DNA of 58,850 nt from a virus. Position numbers and translations under genes: made by a program. Location of the stretch: positions 1-58,850 of IMG/VR virus record IMGVR_UViG_3300012347_000370, one strand, 5' to 3'. Under the pieces are notes generated by a model that was given only the letters and a program-made list of their open reading frames with translations, searched no databases and was not told the origin of the DNA. Shown here in pieces: positions 54,908-58,850 of this stretch. Every line of letters starts with the position of its first letter. Position 1 is the first letter of the stretch.

Positions 54908-55645
54908 ATGAACATGATCCTGAACATGACCACCGCCGCCTCGAACGCATCCTCGCTTGGCGACAACTCGGCCGGCCGCCTCGACAAGGTGAAGCAGAAG
55001 CTCGGCGTCCTCGGCAAGCAGGAGGCTGCCGGTCTGTCCTCGCGCCGCGACGCCGGCATCGCTCTCGCCGCCTATGCCTACGATGGTGACATCGACGAGG
55101 GTGACGCGGAGACCTGCTACGACACCTACATTACCTCGCTGGGTAAGAACGCCGCCGCCCGCCATGTGGCGACCGACACGTCGAACGGTCGCAAGGCGAA
55201 CGTGTCCAAGTTCCGCCAGTTCATCAAGATGGGCGCCCTGCCGCAGGTCGACGGCCGCGAGGTGCTGGCGCGTGCCGTGTCGCTGACCGAGCAAGTTGCC
55301 GCCGCAGGTAACAAGGTCAAATCCCCCTTCGACGCCCTGCTGGATGTGTGCCGCTCGCAGGCCGATCAGCCCGACGTGCCGCTGACCGACGAGCAGATTG
55401 TCGCTGCCGTGTCCAAGCCCGAGCCCAAGCAGAAGGACGAGATGGAAAAGCTGGTCGCTGCCTACAAGGCCGCGCACAAGCTGGCCGAGACCATCCCCTC
55501 CGCCCACACGCTGGCGGCTGTCGATGCCTATCGCGACGCCATCGTCGAGGCTGGTGGCGACGTGCCCGCCATGACCAAGGAAGAGAAAGAGCAGGCTGCC
55601 TTCATGGCCAAGGCCGCCAAGCTGGGCTTCGTGGTCGCCAAGTAA
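54908..55645 (+). CDS. Hypothetical protein (245 aa)
   Basis: SD is GGAAGGAA; long sense ORF. Confidence 0.65.
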   Translation: MNMILNMTTAASNASSLGDNSAGRLDKVKQKLGVLGKQEAAGLSSRRDAGIALAAYAYDGDIDEGDAETCYDTYITSLGKNAAARHVATDTSNGRKANVSKFRQFIKMGALPQVDGREVLARAVSLTEQVAAAGNKVKSPFDALLDVCRSQADQPDVPLTDEQIVAAVSKPEPKQKDEMEKLVAAYKAAHKLAETIPSAHTLAAVDAYRDAIVEAGGDVPAMTKEEKEQAAFMAKAAKLGFVVAK

Positions 55646-55717
55646 CCTCGAACGGTAACACCATCACACCATCTGGCGCCGGCGCCGTCACTGACCCAAA
55701 CGACGCCGGACTAGATA

Positions 55718-55753
55718 GCAGCCAGCGACAACCGAACGGTCCTCGCTGGCTGC
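55718..55753. other. 11-bp-stem hairpin GCAGCCAGCGA-N14-TCGCTGGCTGC
   Basis: Perfect inverted repeat in the 272-bp non-coding gap. Confidence 0.7.
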
Positions 55754-55766
55754 GCCCCTCTGCCTT

Positions 55767-55791
55767 GCACCATCACATGATCCGATGGTGC
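55767..55791. other. 8-bp-stem hairpin GCACCATC-N9-GATGGTGC
   Basis: Perfect inverted repeat, 13 nt after the previous hairpin. Confidence 0.7.
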
Positions 55792-55917
55792 AGCGTCGAG
55801 GCGCGCTCTCATCAAGCACGCCACCATCAGGAGGTGACATGACCTTATTAGACCCGGGCTGGCATCCCGCGACAACTGCCGCCCACCCCATCCCTGTAAC
55901 CCGAGGAGGTAACCCCC

Positions 55918-56160
55918 ATGGCGAATCGCAACCACCCCAACATCGAGGCATCGGCGTTCCGCACTGGCGAGTATGTCGGATACGACGGCCGTGGCCACGT
56001 CTGGCATGTGAAGAAGATCCGCGACAAGGAATGGGTCGCGGCCCCCGCGCCGAACAATCCCGCACGCACGCTGGCGACACGCATCCGCGACACCACGCTG
56101 ACCGCCATCGCCTCGCGCCTGGCCGAGCGCTGCGCCCCCGCTGTCGTCGAACCGTTCTAA
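55918..56160 (+). CDS. Hypothetical protein (80 aa)
   Basis: GGAGGTAACCCCC-ATG; the stop lies in TAACC. Confidence 0.65.
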   Translation: MANRNHPNIEASAFRTGEYVGYDGRGHVWHVKKIRDKEWVAAPAPNNPARTLATRIRDTTLTAIASRLAERCAPAVVEPF

Positions 56161-56177
56161 CCCCGAGAGGTAACACC

Positions 56178-56288
56178 ATGATCTACCGCCTGCGCCTCCG
56201 CTGGCGCCTGCTCTTCGCCGACCGCCACGAGGCACGCCTGCTGAACCGTGCGCTGCGCGACGAGACCCGCCGCTTCTGCCGCCGCTAA
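56178..56288 (+). CDS. Arg-rich micro-protein (36 aa)
   Basis: GAGAGGTAACACC-ATG. My translation is MIYRLRLRWRLLFADRHEARLLNRALRDETRRFCRR. The stop lies in TAACC. Confidence 0.45.
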   Translation: MIYRLRLRWRLLFADRHEARLLNRALRDETRRFCRR

Positions 56289-56305
56289 CCCCGAGAGGTA
56301 ACACC

Positions 56306-56527
56306 ATGACAACCCCGCGCTACGACACGCACTGGGAGGTGAGCGGGTATCACCCCGACAAGAAGGAGCCGTTCGACCTCTACATCAACTTCTTCCCCAC
56401 CGAGGCGCGTGCCCTCGAGGTGAAGGAGGATCTCATCCGGCAGGGCTACGAGCACATCAACATCGTGCCCCCGCGCAACCCCAACCCCGGACCGCCCATC
56501 ACGCTGTCCTCCTACCTCAAGAGGTAA
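56306..56527 (+). CDS. Hypothetical protein (73 aa)
   Basis: Initiation region identical to that of 56178. The stop lies inside GGTAACC. Confidence 0.65.
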   Translation: MTTPRYDTHWEVSGYHPDKKEPFDLYINFFPTEARALEVKEDLIRQGYEHINIVPPRNPNPGPPITLSSYLKR

Positions 56528-56529
56528 CC

Positions 56530-56613
56530 ATGCCCATCATCCGCATCCGTGACGTGCTCGGCGTCATCCTGCTGTTCGGCCTGCTGGTCGTCGGTCTGTG
56601 GATCACACCATGA
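56530..56613 (+). CDS. Hydrophobic micro-peptide (27 aa)
   Basis: AGAGGTAACC-ATG. My translation is MPIIRIRDVLGVILLFGLLVVGLWITP. ATGA overlap with the next gene. Confidence 0.4.
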   Translation: MPIIRIRDVLGVILLFGLLVVGLWITP

Positions 56614-56858
56614 CAGACCCGCTGCCTCCCGAGGTGGCGGCGAAGCTCGATGCGTGGATCAACTCCATCCGTGGGCTCGCCCGCCAGCATGGCGTCGCGC
56701 ATCGTCCCGCCATCGGCCGCGCGGTCAAAGACCTGCGCCTGGCCAACAGTAAGCCCGTCATCCTCGAGGTCGTTGTGCGCTCATCCGTCGAGTCGTGCGC
56801 CGAGGCTGGCATCCCCAAGGACGAGCTCATCTCTGTCCGCACGCTGATCTTCGGGTAA
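56610..56858 (+). CDS. Small protein, paralogous family member 4 (..VRTLIFG)
   Basis: ATCACACC-ATG start context as at 1325 and 58302; LIFG end followed by TAACC. Confidence 0.7.
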   Translation: MTDPLPPEVAAKLDAWINSIRGLARQHGVAHRPAIGRAVKDLRLANSKPVILEVVVRSSVESCAEAGIPKDELISVRTLIFG

Positions 56859-56861
56859 CCC

Positions 56862-57104
56862 ATGGAGGTAACGCCGCACGAACAGTTCGCCACGCTGCTG
56901 GCGCTCGTTCTGCCCGACCCGACGCCGCACCGCATGGATATCAGCGAAAACATCACACCGGGAGTGCTCGACCTCGCGCGGCGTGGCGCCTATGCCAAAC
57001 TCGGCGACGGCGTCGAGCCCTACGTCTTCCAAGCACCCGAATACTGGCTGCACCTGCGGCCAGCGATCCTCGAACTCTGGCGAGCCTGTTACCTCGCCAA
57101 GTAA
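56862..57104 (+). CDS. Hypothetical protein (80 aa; start uncertain)
   Basis: The ATG lies inside the junction motif GTAACCCATGGAGGTAAC, and no start codon follows the SD closely. Confidence 0.5.
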   Translation: MEVTPHEQFATLLALVLPDPTPHRMDISENITPGVLDLARRGAYAKLGDGVEPYVFQAPEYWLHLRPAILELWRACYLAK

Positions 57105-57161
57105 CCGCCCCCACCACGGGCATCACGCGCACTCATCAGCGCATCATCCACGGAGTGTCCT

Positions 57162-58259
57162 ATGAACCTCACCACCTTCGCCCGCCTCGCGCCGTCCTAC
57201 TACCTCTCCGGCCTCGGCGACCCCGACAACCGCGCCTGCGTGTACCTGCGCTCCGGCCCGGGCATGGGCAAGACGACCACCATCAAGTCGGTCGTCCCGC
57301 AGATCGCGTCCAAGCTGGGCAAGCGCCTCGGCTTCGTGCTCATCAACGGCCCGCTGCTCACGCCCTCCGACGCCGTGGGCTATCTCGTCCCGCAGAAGCA
57401 GCCCGACGGCCGCATCGAGTCCAAGTACACCGAGCCCTTCTGGTGGCGTACCTCGGAAGGTAACCGCCTCGAGGAGTATGACGGCGGCATCATCTTCGTC
57501 GACGAGGCCGACAAGACCGACGTGGACGTCAAGAAGGTGCTCGGCGAGATGGCGCTGTCCGGTCGCTGCGGCCCGCACGTCCTGCCCGACGGCTGGGTCG
57601 TGTGGATGGCCGGCAACCGGCAGGGTGACCGCTCGGGCTCGACCAAAGAGCTCGACCACCTCATCAACCGTCGCATCGAGATCGACATCACCCCCGACCT
57701 CGCGTCGTGGGAGACCTGGGCGCTCAAGCACGGCGTGCACCACACCATCGTGCACTTCGCCGCCAGCAACCCGCAGATCGTGTTCCCCGAAGGCGTGCCC
57801 GACAAGCAGGGTCCGTTCTGCACCCCGCGCTCGCTGGTCAACCTCGGCCGTGTGCTGGTTACCCTCGGCGGTAACACCGGTGACATCCCGACCGACACCG
57901 ACGCTGTCGAGACGGCTGCCGGCATGATCGGTCAGGCTGCGGCCGCACAGTTGTTCGCCTCCATCCGGCTCGACGCTGAGCTGCCCAAGCTGGAGACGAT
58001 CCTCGGCAACCCGTCCGCTGCCAAGCTGCCCTCGGCGCCCGACGCGCAGATGCTCACCTGCTACAAGCTGGCCGCGCTCGCCACGCAGCAGACGCTCGAC
58101 CCCATCGTCACCTATGTCCAGCGTTTGCCCGCCGACTTCTCCATCACCTTCGCCAAGTCGCTGGTCACCCGCGTGCCGATGTTCGCTGCCTCGCCTGCGA
58201 TCCTCAACTGGTCCAAGACCAACAGCGCCATCATGGCGACGATGGCCCTGCTCAAGTAA
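57162..58259 (+). CDS. AAA+ ATPase (MoxR-like)
   Basis: Walker A is GPGMGKTT and Walker B is IIFVDEADK. It is paired with the downstream VWA protein. Confidence 0.85.
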   Translation: MNLTTFARLAPSYYLSGLGDPDNRACVYLRSGPGMGKTTTIKSVVPQIASKLGKRLGFVLINGPLLTPSDAVGYLVPQKQPDGRIESKYTEPFWWRTSEGNRLEEYDGGIIFVDEADKTDVDVKKVLGEMALSGRCGPHVLPDGWVVWMAGNRQGDRSGSTKELDHLINRRIEIDITPDLASWETWALKHGVHHTIVHFAASNPQIVFPEGVPDKQGPFCTPRSLVNLGRVLVTLGGNTGDIPTDTDAVETAAGMIGQAAAAQLFASIRLDAELPKLETILGNPSAAKLPSAPDAQMLTCYKLAALATQQTLDPIVTYVQRLPADFSITFAKSLVTRVPMFAASPAILNWSKTNSAIMATMALLK

Positions 58260-58301
58260 CCGCAGCGGGTAACGGTGGGCCTCACGGCCCACCATCACAC
58301 C

Positions 58302-58514
58302 ATGGCAAGCATCGAGAAGAACGAAGCGTTCGCCGCTGCACTCGAGGCACTGGCGATCCCTTCCTACGAGAACCCTTATATCTACAAGGCGTGGATCAAG
58401 AAAGCCAAGTCCGGATTCTATGCCTCCGGTAGCGAGCGCCCTGCCTTCCTTGGCTCATACTTCCGCATGACTGAACAAGAGTGGGACGCCCTGTGGGCGC
58501 TCATCTACGGCTAA
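58302..58514 (+). CDS. Small protein, paralogous family member 5 (..LWALIYG)
   Basis: ATCACACC-ATG; NEAFAAALEAL block; ALIYG end, then TAACCTTTGGAGGTAA as after 3158. Confidence 0.7.
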   Translation: MASIEKNEAFAAALEALAIPSYENPYIYKAWIKKAKSGFYASGSERPAFLGSYFRMTEQEWDALWALIYG

Positions 58515-58528
58515 CCTTTGGAGGTAAC

Positions 58529-58756
58529 ATGCCGCTCAACACCTACATCATCGAGCTCAAGCTCGACGCCCCCGACGAGAACCACGAGGCGATGAACCAG
58601 ATCGTCAAGCAGTATGCCCGGGACATGCTGTCGTCGGCCATGTTGCTGTCCCCCGGCAAGCAGCCGCAGGTCATCGCTCGCAGCGAGGACTGCTTCTACG
58701 ACCAGACCGAGATCGAGGTGCTCGACCCGAGCGACAACGTGCACGAGCCCAACTGA
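58529..58756 (+). CDS. Hypothetical protein (75 aa)
   Basis: GGAGGTAAC-ATG; in frame with track ORF 58481..58756. Confidence 0.65.
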   Translation: MPLNTYIIELKLDAPDENHEAMNQIVKQYARDMLSSAMLLSPGKQPQVIARSEDCFYDQTEIEVLDPSDNVHEPN

Positions 58757-58777
58757 CCCTTACCCACGGAGGTAACC

Positions 58778-58850
58778 ATGTCCAACATCACCGCCGCCAA
58801 GTCCGGCCTCGCTGTCGCCACCCTCACCGACGCGCAGCGCCGCAAGTGGA
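58778..58850 (+). CDS. 5' end of the VWA/HExxH gene (continues at nt 56 of the window after the overlap)
   Basis: TTACCCACGGAGGTAACC-ATG. The reading frame is continuous with 1..1275. Confidence 0.8.
   Translation, partial: MSNITAAKSGLAVATLTDAQRRKW
58796..58850. repeat. 55-bp end overlap identical to 1..55
   Basis: Exact identity. Confidence 0.95.

Larger units (their letters stand above)
1..58850. mobile_element. Complete temperate tailed-phage genome, circularly assembled
   Basis: Portal, capsid, terminase, fibre, lysis, replication and integrase genes are all present. The identical 55-nt ends are bridged by an intact ORF. Confidence 0.9.

Noticed and set aside
55839-56288. ORF starting at ATG 55839 behind a perfect SD (AGGAGGTGA).
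   Set aside because: It contains tandem rare TTA codons and an Arg/Pro-rich, out-of-frame-looking middle. It overlaps the well-signalled genes 55918..56160 and 56178..56288. The SD-like box may have another role.
541-58777. The regularly recurring GTTACC...GGTAAC element as a CRISPR array or a MITE family.
   Set aside because: The copies are about 18 bp long, dispersed about 750 bp apart, mostly in-frame inside genes, and have no repeat-spacer periodicity or target-site duplications.

Overview
The window is one complete, circularly assembled tailed-phage genome. It has 58,795 bp of unique sequence: the first 55 nt recur exactly at the end, and a gene reads through that junction. The genome is G+C-rich, gene-dense (about 80 genes) and temperate, with a tyrosine integrase and an excisionase-like gene. 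Layout: (i) A + strand early/replication arm runs from 53.98 kb through the junction to 18.35 kb. It carries many small ORFs, an AAA ATPase with a VWA/HExxH partner, a DUF5664-like nucleotide-pyrophosphohydrolase-domain protein and a TerB-like protein. It also carries a family-A DNA polymerase, an OmpR-type winged-helix protein, dCMP deaminase, a Cas4-like nuclease, VRR-NUC, an SNF2 helicase, an SSB-like protein and an AEP primase-helicase. (ii) Two convergent HNH-like genes lie at 18.36-19.13 kb. (iii) A - strand virion/lysis arm runs from 45.44 down to 19.15 kb: portal, scaffold, capsid, fibre proteins, a holin/endolysin cassette, a 1429-aa fibre, a GNAT and three ejection-type proteins including a 2374-aa giant. 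(iv) + strand packaging genes occupy 45.5-47.9 kb. (v) xis/int, an attP-type gap and a second, separately placed fibre cassette occupy 47.9-53.25 kb on the - strand. (vi) A ~1.4-kb mostly non-coding control hub lies at 53.25-54.62 kb. I saw no rRNA, tRNA or CRISPR array. The outstanding observation is a bipartite element, [G]GTWACC-N5/6-GGTAAC, present in roughly 75-80 copies (about one per 750 bp). Inside genes of both strands it is a palindrome that forces V/L/I-T-x-x-G-N/K into unrelated proteins. At gene junctions it is a direct form in which the left half supplies the TAA stop and the right half overlaps the Shine-Dalgarno. Copies also sit on or beside all four sigma70-like promoters I could recognise. 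I read this as a genome-wide cis-element system: a stoperator-like operator set, a priming or processing hairpin, or a nick/modification target. Its trans factor is unidentified; a stand-alone OmpR-type winged-helix gene is the best candidate. Other points of interest: a five-member paralogous small-protein family, a ~730-bp ORF-free hairpin-rich region, iteron/operator-like repeats, and a cluster of extremely basic small virion-module proteins.
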